NCBI GenBank assembly: GCA_024697425.1
Contig: JAILFT010000125.1
Span: 1-61,814 of the forward strand
Direction: 5' to 3'
DNA: 61,814 nt
From: Butyrivibrio sp.
Lineage (GTDB): Bacteria > Bacillota > Clostridia > Lachnospirales > Lachnospiraceae
Shown: positions 28,919 through 38,256 of the stretch, piece after piece
How the letters are laid out: each line of letters starts with the position of its first letter
Numbering within the stretch: position 1 is the stretch's first letter
Program-made: the position numbers and the translations under genes
The notes under the pieces: generated by a model
The model's database searches: none
Told to the model about the DNA's origin: nothing
What the model saw: the letters and a program-made list of their open reading frames with translations, nothing else

Positions 28919-30313
28919 ATGAAGAAAAGAGTAATCAGTTTAATCATGACAGGAGTAATGGGAGTAGCACTTCTTACAGGATGCGGCAATGCTTCCACAA
29001 GTGCTCCCGCAGCTACCACAGATGAGAATGCGCCTGCTGCAACGCAGGAAGCACCTGCAGCAACAGAAGAGGCTCCCGCAGCCGAAGCTGCAGCTACAGA
29101 AGTGAACATTTCATTCTACACCACCGAGACCGGTAAGGATGATATGTATCAGGAGCTTATTTCCGACTTTGAGAGCAAGAACCCCGGAATAACTGTTGAG
29201 TATATCGCAGCCGGAGACGATCAGCTTCAGCAGTGGATGGCTCTTTATGCAAGTAATGAGGGCCCTACAGTGTCCCTTATGGATCCCATCAATATCTGGG
29301 AGAACCAGGAGAGGATGCGTCCTCTTACAGGAGAGCCTATGCTTTCAAATGTTGATGAGGCATCACTTGGTACCATGACATTCAATGGCACAGTATATGC
29401 GGTTCCTATGTCTGCGGCTGGAATCGGACTTCTCTACAATAAAGCAGTCTGTGATGCAGCTGTAGGTGGAGACTTCGATCCCAGTACTATCAAGACAAGG
29501 TCGGATCTTAAGGACCTCTTTGATAAGATCGAGGCTACAGGCGTTGCAGCAACCTGTATAACAGGCGTTAACTGGTCTCTGGGTTCTCATTTCCTTTGCC
29601 AGACCTATGGCGCAGCCATTGGAGACACAAAAACCCGTGTAGATTATATAAACTCAATTATCAGCGGAGAGACCAAAGAGATAGATAATGATGTATTCAA
29701 CGGCTTTATGGATACACTTGATCTTCTGATCCAGTATAACTACAACAAGAACGATCCCCTTGTAGGAGACGTAAACCTTGACGCTATGGCCCTTGCAGAG
29801 GGCAAATGCGGCACATGGATGATGGGCGACTGGGCATGGACTTATATGGCAGATCTTGTTGAGGATGGTGCCGAGTTCGGTCTTATGCCTATCCCTCACA
29901 GCGATGATGCAAGTGATGTTACAAATCAGTATCTTCAGACCTCTTATGCGAAGGGATATTGCATTGATGCAAGCCAGAATACTGAGGAACAGCAGCTTGC
30001 AGGCCTTAAGTTCATTGAGTACATCACTTCCGACAGCCACTCTCAGGAGGCTCAGGCAAAGAGAGCAGGACAGGCGCTGCCTTTCAAGAATTTTTCAGCT
30101 ACAATCGACAGCCCTCTCGGAAACTCAACAGCATCCTATATCGCGCAGGGACATACACTTGATTTCTACGGAACACCCAGCCTTTATCCTTCAGACATCT
30201 GGTATGAGTGCGGCGCTTACATGTGTGCATATGTATCAGGAGCCTGTGACAGACAAAAGCTTGCGGCAGATGTAGATGCATACTGGGCAAACCAGGAAAA
30301 GAGAGAGTATTAA
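28919..30313 (+). CDS. Carbohydrate ABC transporter substrate-binding lipoprotein
   Basis: Lipobox LTGC, Ala/Pro/Glu linker, FESKNPGITVE and GLLYNK. Confidence 0.92.
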   Translation: MKKRVISLIMTGVMGVALLTGCGNASTSAPAATTDENAPAATQEAPAATEEAPAAEAAATEVNISFYTTETGKDDMYQELISDFESKNPGITVEYIAAGDDQLQQWMALYASNEGPTVSLMDPINIWENQERMRPLTGEPMLSNVDEASLGTMTFNGTVYAVPMSAAGIGLLYNKAVCDAAVGGDFDPSTIKTRSDLKDLFDKIEATGVAATCITGVNWSLGSHFLCQTYGAAIGDTKTRVDYINSIISGETKEIDNDVFNGFMDTLDLLIQYNYNKNDPLVGDVNLDAMALAEGKCGTWMMGDWAWTYMADLVEDGAEFGLMPIPHSDDASDVTNQYLQTSYAKGYCIDASQNTEEQQLAGLKFIEYITSDSHSQEAQAKRAGQALPFKNFSATIDSPLGNSTASYIAQGHTLDFYGTPSLYPSDIWYECGAYMCAYVSGACDRQKLAADVDAYWANQEKREY

Positions 30314-30328
30314 TAGCCAGACTTTTTC

Positions 30329-30359
30329 GGGGGAGGGATACGTCTCTCCCCCTCTTTTT
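30329..30359 (+). terminator. Stem-loop with U-tract after the SBP gene
   Basis: GGGGGAGGGA-TACG-TCTCTCCCCC followed by TCTTTTT. Confidence 0.65.
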
Positions 30360-30385
30360 ACAAGTATTGCAAGGAGAGAGGAATT

Positions 30386-31270
30386 ATGCACGGCAGGAAA
30401 AGAGTTATCACAAATGCGCTTGAATTCTCATTATTCGGGCTGCCATCTTTTCTGATCTGGTTTTCTGTTGTTATCATTCCGTTCATCTACGGACTTTGGA
30501 TCACATTTACAGACTGGAACGGATTAGCACTTCACATAAACTTTATCGGACTTGAAAATTACAGACATATTCTTACGGATTCGGCCTTTTTGGGCGCCTT
30601 CGTCAAGACGGTTATATATGCGCTGTTTACGGTTATATTAAGTAATCTTGTAGGTTTTGTCCTTGCTCTGGTGGTGACCAGCGGCATTAAGGGACAAAAT
30701 CTGTTCAGAACAGGCTTTTTTACGCCAAATATCATTGGCGGCATCATTCTTGGTTATATCTGGAACTTTATCTTTTCCTTTGGACTTACAAAGTTCGGAG
30801 AGTTCACGGGGATATCCTGGATGCAGACTTCATGGCTGACTAACCCCACCAGAGCTCTGATGGCACTTATTATTGTCAGTGCATGGCAGATGAGCGGATA
30901 TCTTATGGTCATCTACATCGCGGGACTGACTGCAGTGCCTGCGGACCTTCTGGAGGCAGCAAGAGTTGACGGAGCTACCACCTGGCAGACAGTGACAAAG
31001 ATCAAGATACCAATGATAAGAGGGACAATTGCAATCTGCGTATTTCTGTCCATCTCAAGGTGCTTCATGTCCTTTGACACAAACCTGTCACTGACAGCCG
31101 GCGGGCCCTACAAATCCACAGAACTTATCGCATACAAGATCTATCAGACAGCCTTTACCAGCATGAATTTCGGGGAAGGTCAGGCTCAGGCTATTGTGCT
31201 GTTTGTTATCGTGGCGATCATTTCGCTGCTTCAGGTTTACTTTACAAGGAAAGGGAGGGTTGATGCATGA
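30386..31270 (+). CDS. Sugar ABC transporter permease
   Basis: FTDWNG, GLENY and EAARVDGA. Confidence 0.93.
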   Translation: MHGRKRVITNALEFSLFGLPSFLIWFSVVIIPFIYGLWITFTDWNGLALHINFIGLENYRHILTDSAFLGAFVKTVIYALFTVILSNLVGFVLALVVTSGIKGQNLFRTGFFTPNIIGGIILGYIWNFIFSFGLTKFGEFTGISWMQTSWLTNPTRALMALIIVSAWQMSGYLMVIYIAGLTAVPADLLEAARVDGATTWQTVTKIKIPMIRGTIAICVFLSISRCFMSFDTNLSLTAGGPYKSTELIAYKIYQTAFTSMNFGEGQAQAIVLFVIVAIISLLQVYFTRKGRVDA

Positions 31271-32097
31271 AAGCAGAAAGAAACAGAAAAAGCATAACCT
31301 TCGCCATAACACTGGTAGTTTTGATACTGTTCATGGTGCCTTTCTATATGCTTGTGGTGAATTCCTTCAAGCCAACAGCTGAGTTTTTGAAGAATCCCTT
31401 TGCGCTTCCGCAAAGCTTTAACATTGATAACTTTACCACTGCCATAGAGAGAATGAACTTTGGCAAATCACTGTTCAATACTGCGGTCATTACCGTTACG
31501 GCAGTATTGGTAAACATGATAGTCTCGGCTATGACGGGATATCTTTTTGCCAGAAGAAAATGGAAGATCAACAAGATCATATTTATGGCGTTTCTGGCAT
31601 CCATGGTGGCGCCCTTCCAGGTATATATGATCCCGCTTGTAAGAATCTATGCCGGTGTTCTGGGCTTTTCCAACAATCTGATGATGGTTGCCTATATTGC
31701 GGTGGGACTTAATATCCCCTTCGCAGTATTCCTGTATTCAGGATTTGTAGAGGGCATTCCCTCAGAGTTGGATGAGGCTGCGCTGATCGACGGCTGTGGC
31801 TTTACCAGGACTTTCTTTCACATCATTATGCCGCTTTTAAAGCCAATTATCATCACGGTCACTGTGTTTGTTGCCATGGGTGTATGGAACGACTTCCTCA
31901 TGTCCAGTCTCTTTCTTACAAAAGTGGACACAAAGACACTGGCCATCTCAATTAAGACATTTTTGACCAATCATTCGGCAGAGTATGCGCCTATGATGGC
32001 GGGACTCCTTCTTAGCGTATTGCCTGTTCTTATCTTTTATTTGATAGGGCAGAAATATATCATTGAAGGCGTTATCGCAGGCAGTGTTAAGGGTTAA
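31267..32097 (+). CDS. Sugar ABC transporter permease
   Basis: ELDEAALIDG, VWNDF and GSVKG. Confidence 0.93.
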   Translation: MKAERNRKSITFAITLVVLILFMVPFYMLVVNSFKPTAEFLKNPFALPQSFNIDNFTTAIERMNFGKSLFNTAVITVTAVLVNMIVSAMTGYLFARRKWKINKIIFMAFLASMVAPFQVYMIPLVRIYAGVLGFSNNLMMVAYIAVGLNIPFAVFLYSGFVEGIPSELDEAALIDGCGFTRTFFHIIMPLLKPIIITVTVFVAMGVWNDFLMSSLFLTKVDTKTLAISIKTFLTNHSAEYAPMMAGLLLSVLPVLIFYLIGQKYIIEGVIAGSVKG

Positions 32098-32233
32098 TTT
32101 GCAGATTTGGGGAAATAGACAGTTCTTTTTCCGATAATGTACTATGTAAGCGGGTAATACACGGAGCTATACTTATTTCAACCTCTTAAATATAGATGTT
32201 AATTGAAGTAATTTGTTGAAAGGAGAACAGGTT

Positions 32234-32623
32234 ATGGAAATCAGATTAGAAGACGTTGAAAAAGTAATGGAGCAGACAGGAGTTGAGTACAAAGTTGCCA
32301 AAGAGGCACTTCTCCAGACAGACGGTGATGCAGATGCAGCAATAAAGCTCATCACAAAGGACACCATCGATATCGGCGAGGAAGCAAAAGCCGCTGTTGA
32401 GAAGCTCAAAAAGAAGGTTAAGGAAGGCAATGTAGACAGGATCCAGATCCGCAAAGGCGAAGAGGTTGTCTTTAGCGTTCCTGTTAATATCGGAATCGTA
32501 GGCGGAATCGTTGGATTTGCTACAATTCCATGGGCGCTGATTGCTGCTGCAGTTGCAGCATTCGGCCTTGGATGCAAGCTTGAAGTAGTCAAGAAAGACG
32601 GCTCTTCTGATGAGATCAACTGA
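32234..32623 (+). CDS. UBA-like plus DUF4342-like domain protein
   Basis: VMEQTGVEYKVAKEALLQTDGD (UBA/NAC-like), then VKEGNVDRI...PVNIG and a hydrophobic tail. Confidence 0.75.
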   Translation: MEIRLEDVEKVMEQTGVEYKVAKEALLQTDGDADAAIKLITKDTIDIGEEAKAAVEKLKKKVKEGNVDRIQIRKGEEVVFSVPVNIGIVGGIVGFATIPWALIAAAVAAFGLGCKLEVVKKDGSSDEIN

Positions 32624-32644
32624 CAACTAAACAGACTCGGCACA

Positions 32645-32680
32645 GGCCGGAGACGAAGTCATCGTCTCCGGTCTTTTTTT
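32645..32680 (+). terminator. Intrinsic terminator
   Basis: GGCCGGAGACGA-AGTCA-TCGTCTCCGGTC followed by T7. Confidence 0.9.
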
Positions 32681-32736
32681 GACTTGCACAGGGTAAAAAC
32701 CTGCTCGATAATAATAGTTAGAGTGAGGTAATTGCC

Positions 32737-34134
32737 ATGAACATCTGCTTATTAAATGACTCTTTTCCACCGGTTATCGATGGAGTTGCAAATGTGGTTA
32801 TGAATTACGCGAGAGTGCTGACCGGGGACCTGCATGAAAATGTGGTTGTCGGTACTCCAAGATACCCGGATGTAAGCTATGAGGGCTATCCATACCGGGT
32901 AATAGCCTATCCCAGCTTTGATACCACGGATTTTGTCAAGGGATATCGCACCGGTAATCCGCTGTCCATAAGAGAGATAGCCCAGATGAGCGAGTTTGGA
33001 CCGGATATTATCCATACCCATTGTCCGGCGGCTTCAACTGTTATGGCCAGGATATTGAGGCGTGATACGGGGGCACCGATCGTATTCACCTATCACACTA
33101 AGTTTGATGTGGATATAGCAAGGGCTGTGGGTGACGGTTTCCTTAAGCAGGAGACCATTAAGACCATGATCAGCAATATCGAAGCATGCGATGATGTGTG
33201 GGTGGTATCCGAGGGAGCCGGCGAGAATTTAAAGTCACTGGGATTCGAGGGTGAATACCGGGTTATGAATAACGGAGTCGATTTTCCCAAAGGCCGTGGC
33301 GATGAACTTTTGGTAAAAGAGATATCGGCTGAATATGCACTTCCCGAGGGAGTACCGGTATTTCTTTTTGTGGGAAGGATCATGAAATATAAGGGGCTTC
33401 CGATAATCATTGATGCCATGAAAATCCTGTCCGACAGGAATATCGATTATCGTATGGTGTTTGTCGGAGGCGGAGCCGATGCCGAGGAAATGCAGGCTAA
33501 AGTCAAAGACTATGGCATAGATGACAAGGTTATTTTTACCGGGCCGGAGCATGACAGAGAAAAGCTGAGAGCATGGAATACAAGGGCGGATCTGTTTCTT
33601 TTCCCGTCTGTATATGATACCAACGGCATTGTGGTAAGGGAGGCTGCAGCCTGTGGCCTGGCCAGCGTGCTTGTAAAGGGTTCCTGCGCCGCTGAGGGAA
33701 TAACCCATGACAGAAATGGATATCTTATAGAAGAAAATGCGCAGTCAATGGCGCAGCTTCTCGAAAAAGTGTGCTGTGACCTTTCACATCTTGGCGATGT
33801 TGGACAGCATGCCATGGATGAAATTTATATTTCCTGGGAAGATAGCGTCAAAGTGGCCCATGACAGGTACGCAGAGCTACATGAAATGTCTCTTGCCGGC
33901 GCTTTTGGCCACAGGAAGCATCAAAGCCAGGAGTACCTGCTTAAATCGGCAGCAATGATACTAGATGAAACGGAGCGGGTATTCAAGGCGCCTAGAGTTT
34001 TTTACGAAGGAATGAAGGAGAATTTTGAGAGTATCAGAGAGGATTTCCAGGATATCCGGGACGATATCCGCAATGATATCCTCGAGGACATAGAACAGGT
34101 GAGGGAAAGATTCAATGGCAGCTCAGACAAATAA
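32737..34134 (+). CDS. GT4 family glycosyltransferase (diacylglycerol glucosyltransferase-like)
   Basis: NDSFPPVIDGV, FTYHTKF, FVGR...KG and FPSVYDTNGIVVREAAA. Confidence 0.88.
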   Translation: MNICLLNDSFPPVIDGVANVVMNYARVLTGDLHENVVVGTPRYPDVSYEGYPYRVIAYPSFDTTDFVKGYRTGNPLSIREIAQMSEFGPDIIHTHCPAASTVMARILRRDTGAPIVFTYHTKFDVDIARAVGDGFLKQETIKTMISNIEACDDVWVVSEGAGENLKSLGFEGEYRVMNNGVDFPKGRGDELLVKEISAEYALPEGVPVFLFVGRIMKYKGLPIIIDAMKILSDRNIDYRMVFVGGGADAEEMQAKVKDYGIDDKVIFTGPEHDREKLRAWNTRADLFLFPSVYDTNGIVVREAAACGLASVLVKGSCAAEGITHDRNGYLIEENAQSMAQLLEKVCCDLSHLGDVGQHAMDEIYISWEDSVKVAHDRYAELHEMSLAGAFGHRKHQSQEYLLKSAAMILDETERVFKAPRVFYEGMKENFESIREDFQDIRDDIRNDILEDIEQVRERFNGSSDK

Positions 34135-35830
34135 AAAAAGAGACTGGTACAAGGAGATGAGCTTTTACCAGATCTGGGTTCGAAGCTTTGCTGACGGGAA
34201 CGGGGACGGTATCGGAGATTTGTACGGAGTTTACGACAAGCTTGAGTATGTGAAGTCCCTGGGAGTAGACGGCATCTGGTTTTCGCCCATCTACCCGTCA
34301 CCAAATGCTGATTTTGGCTATGATATATCTGATTATAAGAATATTCACCCTGATTTCGGTGATCTTGATCAGTTTAAAAAAGTATTGGCAAAGGCTCACG
34401 AACTGGGCCTTAAGGTGATAATGGATCTGGTGGTGAATCACACATCAGACGAGCATCCCTGGTTTATAGAGAGCCGAAAAGGTAAGGATAATCCCTACAG
34501 CGATTATTATATCTGGCGTGATAAGCCCAACAACTGGGACAGCCTCTTTGAGGGCAAAGCCTGGGAGTATGACAATGAGCGAGGGCAGTATTACCTGCAT
34601 ATTTTTGCCAAGAAGCAGCCGGATCTTAACATGGATAATCCGAAAGTAAGGCAGGAAGTTAAGGACATTATGCGTTTTTGGCTGGATATGGGAGTTGACG
34701 GATTCAGAGAGGATGTCATCAACTTCATATCCAAGAAGGAAGGACTCCCCAACGGGATGCCTCTTTTGCCTGCAGCAAAGGGTATGATGCAGTACAAAGA
34801 TGGCCCTCACATTCACGAATATCTGGCAGAGTTTCGCAAGGTATGCGATGAGTATGACTGCTTCCAGCTTGGAGAAGGCCCTATGACCACGGTGAAATCA
34901 GCCAGGAAATATCTTACGGGGCCTACAAAATCTCTGGATATGATGTTTTCCTTTGATCACATGATGGCGGACTGCTTCATGACAGAGTATCTGCACAGGC
35001 CTTTTTCTCTGGTAAAACTCAAAAAAGCTTTCAGTAAATGGCAGTATGCCCTGGCTAAGGATGGGTGGAATGCCCTGTATATGGAAAATCATGACCATCC
35101 CAGGATCATAAGCCGCTACGGAAGCCACCATTTCTGGTGGGAGAGTGGCACAATGCTGGCTGCCAGCTATATTTTCCAGAGAGGAACGCCCTTTATTTAT
35201 CAGGGGCAGGAGATTGGAATGACCAACATACGCCTTGCTTCCATTGAGCAGTATGTTGATGTTTCTTCAAAGACAAATTATTACACGTATCACCTGAAAG
35301 AAGACCCGGAGCGCAGGCTTCACAGAATTCATCTTTCGAGCCGCGATTCCTCAAGAACCCCGGTACAGTGGGATTCCAGCGAATATGCCGGATTTTCCAC
35401 TGCAGAGCCCTGGTTCTATGTAAATCCAAACTATAAGAAGATCAATGTTGCACGCCAGCAGGATGACCCATACAGTATCCTGAATTTCTATCGAAAATGT
35501 CTTAAACTCAGGAAGAGCTCAAAAACACTGATCTATGGAACATACAAAGAGTATTTTCCAAAAGACAAGAATGTTTATGTGTATGAGAGGAAGATGGAAC
35601 AGGAACGCTATCTTATCATATGTTCTTTCTCGAGATTACCTGTTAAGCTTCGTCTTCCCGCTGATTATGAGAACAGGGAAAAAGAGCTGGTGCTCTGCAA
35701 TTACCCTGAGAAAACGGAGGATATTCCTGCCCACAGGCTTAAGGCCATCGGCGATGAGCTGTTAAATCTGGAGTTTACCCACGGTATGTTAAGGCCTTAT
35801 GAGGCACGGGTCTACAGGTTTTCGTTCTGA
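34115..35830 (+). CDS. GH13 alpha-glucosidase / oligo-1,6-glucosidase
   Basis: DGNGDGIGD, DLVVNHTSDEH, QPDLN, DGFREDVI, ENHD and YQGQEIGM. Confidence 0.92.
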   Translation: MAAQTNKKRDWYKEMSFYQIWVRSFADGNGDGIGDLYGVYDKLEYVKSLGVDGIWFSPIYPSPNADFGYDISDYKNIHPDFGDLDQFKKVLAKAHELGLKVIMDLVVNHTSDEHPWFIESRKGKDNPYSDYYIWRDKPNNWDSLFEGKAWEYDNERGQYYLHIFAKKQPDLNMDNPKVRQEVKDIMRFWLDMGVDGFREDVINFISKKEGLPNGMPLLPAAKGMMQYKDGPHIHEYLAEFRKVCDEYDCFQLGEGPMTTVKSARKYLTGPTKSLDMMFSFDHMMADCFMTEYLHRPFSLVKLKKAFSKWQYALAKDGWNALYMENHDHPRIISRYGSHHFWWESGTMLAASYIFQRGTPFIYQGQEIGMTNIRLASIEQYVDVSSKTNYYTYHLKEDPERRLHRIHLSSRDSSRTPVQWDSSEYAGFSTAEPWFYVNPNYKKINVARQQDDPYSILNFYRKCLKLRKSSKTLIYGTYKEYFPKDKNVYVYERKMEQERYLIICSFSRLPVKLRLPADYENREKELVLCNYPEKTEDIPAHRLKAIGDELLNLEFTHGMLRPYEARVYRFSF

Positions 35831-35862
35831 CGTAAAGTGCTGATTGCGATCGACAACAGGAA

Positions 35863-35906
35863 AAAGCCGCTGCTGAGCGTTTTATGATTAGCTCAGCAGC
35901 GGCTTT
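35863..35906. terminator. Bidirectional intrinsic terminator
   Basis: 16-bp perfect stem AAAGCCGCTGCTGAGC/GCTCAGCAGCGGCTTT between convergent genes. Confidence 0.85.
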
Positions 35907-35935
35907 GCATTGATTATATGTACTCAGAAGTGCTA

Positions 35936-36580
35936 TCAGTCGATATCGCCGGCAATGTCAATATTCTCGCCTGTGATACCTACCCATGCACCATCAGAAG
36001 CTTCCTTGGCATCCTTGTGAGCAAGAAGCCATTTGTTGGTTGCTCTGAGCATAGTGTCTTCCTGGTTAACAGCGGTAAACTCGGGCTTTCCGACATTGGT
36101 GCCCTTGGGAAGACCGACAAGAACCTGGAAACCTGAGTCTTTATGCGCCTGGCAGGGTGCGTAGTGAAGAGTTGTAGCGTAAACTTCTACCATTACTCCG
36201 GCAGGAACAAGGAATGCTTTAACTTTGTCAGAATCAATCTTGTAATCGTTTATCTCTTCGCGCTTTGCAACCAGCAGAATAAAGTCACTGGGTCCGAAGT
36301 TTATTTCACTTGAACGGTGATACTCCAGACAATTGAGCTTGGTGTTATGGCCGTTACACCAGCCGAACTGCATGGGAGATCCGCCAAAGAGTGAATTTGT
36401 GATCCTGTCTGCAGCAGCAAGGCTCTGAAGGGCGGGATCTTCTGCAACATACTCTGTGCCTTCGGGAACAGGAGTCTTATCCCTGAGAGTGTCCAAAATC
36501 TCCTGCTTCTCAGCTTCATAGCCTTCAATGATTCTTCCGTAATTTGTAAATTCCGGATCTGTAGCTTTGTAAATTTTCAT
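35936..36580 (-). CDS. DUF4867-like protein
   Basis: GWCNGHN, LEYHRSSE, TTLHYAPC, LPKGTN and NKWLLAH. Confidence 0.75.
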   Translation of the reverse strand: MKIYKATDPEFTNYGRIIEGYEAEKQEILDTLRDKTPVPEGTEYVAEDPALQSLAAADRITNSLFGGSPMQFGWCNGHNTKLNCLEYHRSSEINFGPSDFILLVAKREEINDYKIDSDKVKAFLVPAGVMVEVYATTLHYAPCQAHKDSGFQVLVGLPKGTNVGKPEFTAVNQEDTMLRATNKWLLAHKDAKEASDGAWVGITGENIDIAGDID

Positions 36581-36699
36581 ACCTTCTCTCCTTTTTTAGA
36601 AAAAATAACCACCTAATACATGTTATCATTATAGTGGTAAAAAATCACTAGGCTGTGGGAGTTGATGTAAAAATCTGCAGGTTTTTAACAACGGAGCAG

Positions 36700-37131
36700 T
36701 CAGTTTTCATTAAGGACGGTGCGGCATTCCCTGATGAGGTTAAGATTGCTGCAGAGAATAAGAACTTCGTTCCAGCATCTGCCTACGACATCGTTCAGGC
36801 TGTCAAGATCCTCGAATCTCCACATGATGGCGAAGTCATCATAGTCGCCGGCACCATAGAATCCGTTAATTTCGCGGTCTTCTTCACAGAAGATACGCTG
36901 CCATTCATCGGAATCGGCCCCGCAGAAAGCCACATTTTTGCAGCCTCTTGTAAGGATTGTATCTGCCAGATCTCTGATGATACCTTCATCTTCAAATTCA
37001 TCTGTGATGATGATGACTGTCTGGCTGCACATATTGCGAAACTTATTGTTGTTATCCAGAATGCCCTTACCGGTGAGACCGAAAGTGATATTCTGGCTAC
37101 TGGCCTTATCCATGATCATATTCTGTGTCAT
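36700..37131 (-). CDS. Hypothetical protein
   Basis: Strong RBS AAGGAGG before ATG 37131; 143 aa. Confidence 0.7.
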   Translation of the reverse strand: MTQNMIMDKASSQNITFGLTGKGILDNNNKFRNMCSQTVIIITDEFEDEGIIRDLADTILTRGCKNVAFCGADSDEWQRIFCEEDREINGFYGAGDYDDFAIMWRFEDLDSLNDVVGRCWNEVLILCSNLNLIRECRTVLNEN

Positions 37132-37253
37132 AACAATCCTCCTTGCAATGCTGTAAATCAAAGATTTCAAGTGCCTATTTTTTCTATGCTGACAGTATCG
37201 CACTTATGGTGGGTTATAAATGACACAGTAATTTTGGAGAATCCTTGAGAATG

Positions 37254-37285
37254 AAAAAGCCTCTACCCGTAAGACGGATAGAGGC
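37254..37285 (-). terminator. Intrinsic terminator of trxA
   Basis: GCCTCTACCCGT-AAG-ACGGATAGAGGC with an adjacent A-run on the + strand. Confidence 0.7.
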
Positions 37286-37305
37286 ATGTACAGCAATCAG
37301 CTGTT

Positions 37306-37629
37306 TTATCTTTCAATAAGAGCGTCAATCTTTGTTGCCAAAGCGTTTTTTGACATTCCGCCCACAGCGGAATCAACAACTTTACCGTTCTTTATGAAGA
37401 AAAAGCTTGGGATACTCATGACGCCAAACTTACCTGCAAGAGCAGGCTGCTGATCGGTATTTACCTTGCCAATTTTTACTTTCCCGTCGTACTTTGAAGC
37501 CATCTCATCGACGATAGGCAGCATCATCTGGCAGGGACCGCACCAGTCGGCATAGAAATCCACCATTACGGGGATGTCGCTGTTCATTACTTCTTCATTA
37601 AAGTTATCTTTTGTAAACTGGTATTCCAT
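37306..37629 (-). CDS. trxA: Thioredoxin
   Basis: VDFYADWCGPC and VMSIP. The true start is MEYQF at 37629; the ORF track's 266-aa version runs antisense to the hxlR-like gene. Confidence 0.95.
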   Translation of the reverse strand: MEYQFTKDNFNEEVMNSDIPVMVDFYADWCGPCQMMLPIVDEMASKYDGKVKIGKVNTDQQPALAGKFGVMSIPSFFFIKNGKVVDSAVGGMSKNALATKIDALIER

Positions 37630-37771
37630 ATAGTTACCTTCCTTTCGAGATAATTTGTGGTTGTTTTGCAGTGCTGATAATGCTAGTATATGTGGTATAG
37701 AAAATATATCAAGTACGCAGTTTGTTTTAACCTGGTACAGAAAACCTGAGCAATGGGAAAGGATGCGGATT

Positions 37772-38131
37772 ATGGCAGATAAAAAAATTGCAGAAAAACC
37801 TGAAAGAGAGTATCTTTGCGAAGATCTGGCAGGACAGAATTGTGGACTGAAGAAAGTTATCGACATTGTCGGGGGCAAATGGAAGATAATGATCCTGTGC
37901 GTAATGGATAAAGAAGGCACCATCAGATATGGAGATCTCAGGCGGAGGGTATACGGTATAACCAATACAATGCTGGCGAATTCGCTAAAAGAGATGGAAG
38001 AGGCCGGACTTGTTGACAGAAAGCAATATATGGAGATGCCTGTAAGGGTCGAGTACTCTCTCACCAAAAAGGCGGAGAGCATAGTACCTATCCTGCTGGA
38101 ACTCAAGCGATGGGGCGAAGAAAACTTGTAA
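37772..38131 (+). CDS. HxlR/HypR family winged-helix regulator
   Basis: CGLKKVIDIVGGKWK and PVRVEYSLT; divergent from trxA. Confidence 0.92.
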   Translation: MADKKIAEKPEREYLCEDLAGQNCGLKKVIDIVGGKWKIMILCVMDKEGTIRYGDLRRRVYGITNTMLANSLKEMEEAGLVDRKQYMEMPVRVEYSLTKKAESIVPILLELKRWGEENL

Positions 38132-38157
38132 GGGCATGATAGCGCGTGTTATTTAAA

Positions 38158-38172
38158 TCAAGTCTGACTTGA
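38158..38172. promoter_or_regulatory. Palindromic operator candidate TCAAGTC-T-GACTTGA
   Basis: Perfect 7-1-7 inverted repeat about 85 bp upstream of the XRE-HD gene. Confidence 0.55.
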
Positions 38173-38256
38173 GAAGAATTCAAAAAGCTAAATCCACACT
38201 GGCTGTAACACAGTTTATTTCACTCTTATTATTGAATTAAGAAGGAGGGAATAAAG

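Noticed and set aside
29000-29100. Short tandem APAA(T/E) coding repeats in the SBP gene
   Set aside because: Ordinary flexible linker of a lipoprotein, not a separate repeat element.
36655-37248. 197-aa plus-strand ORF
   Set aside because: It is antisense to the RBS-supported 36700-37131 gene and has no recognisable motifs.
37630-38106. Apparent 158-aa N-terminal extension of thioredoxin
   Set aside because: It is antisense to the HxlR gene, and a good RBS sits directly before ATG 37629.
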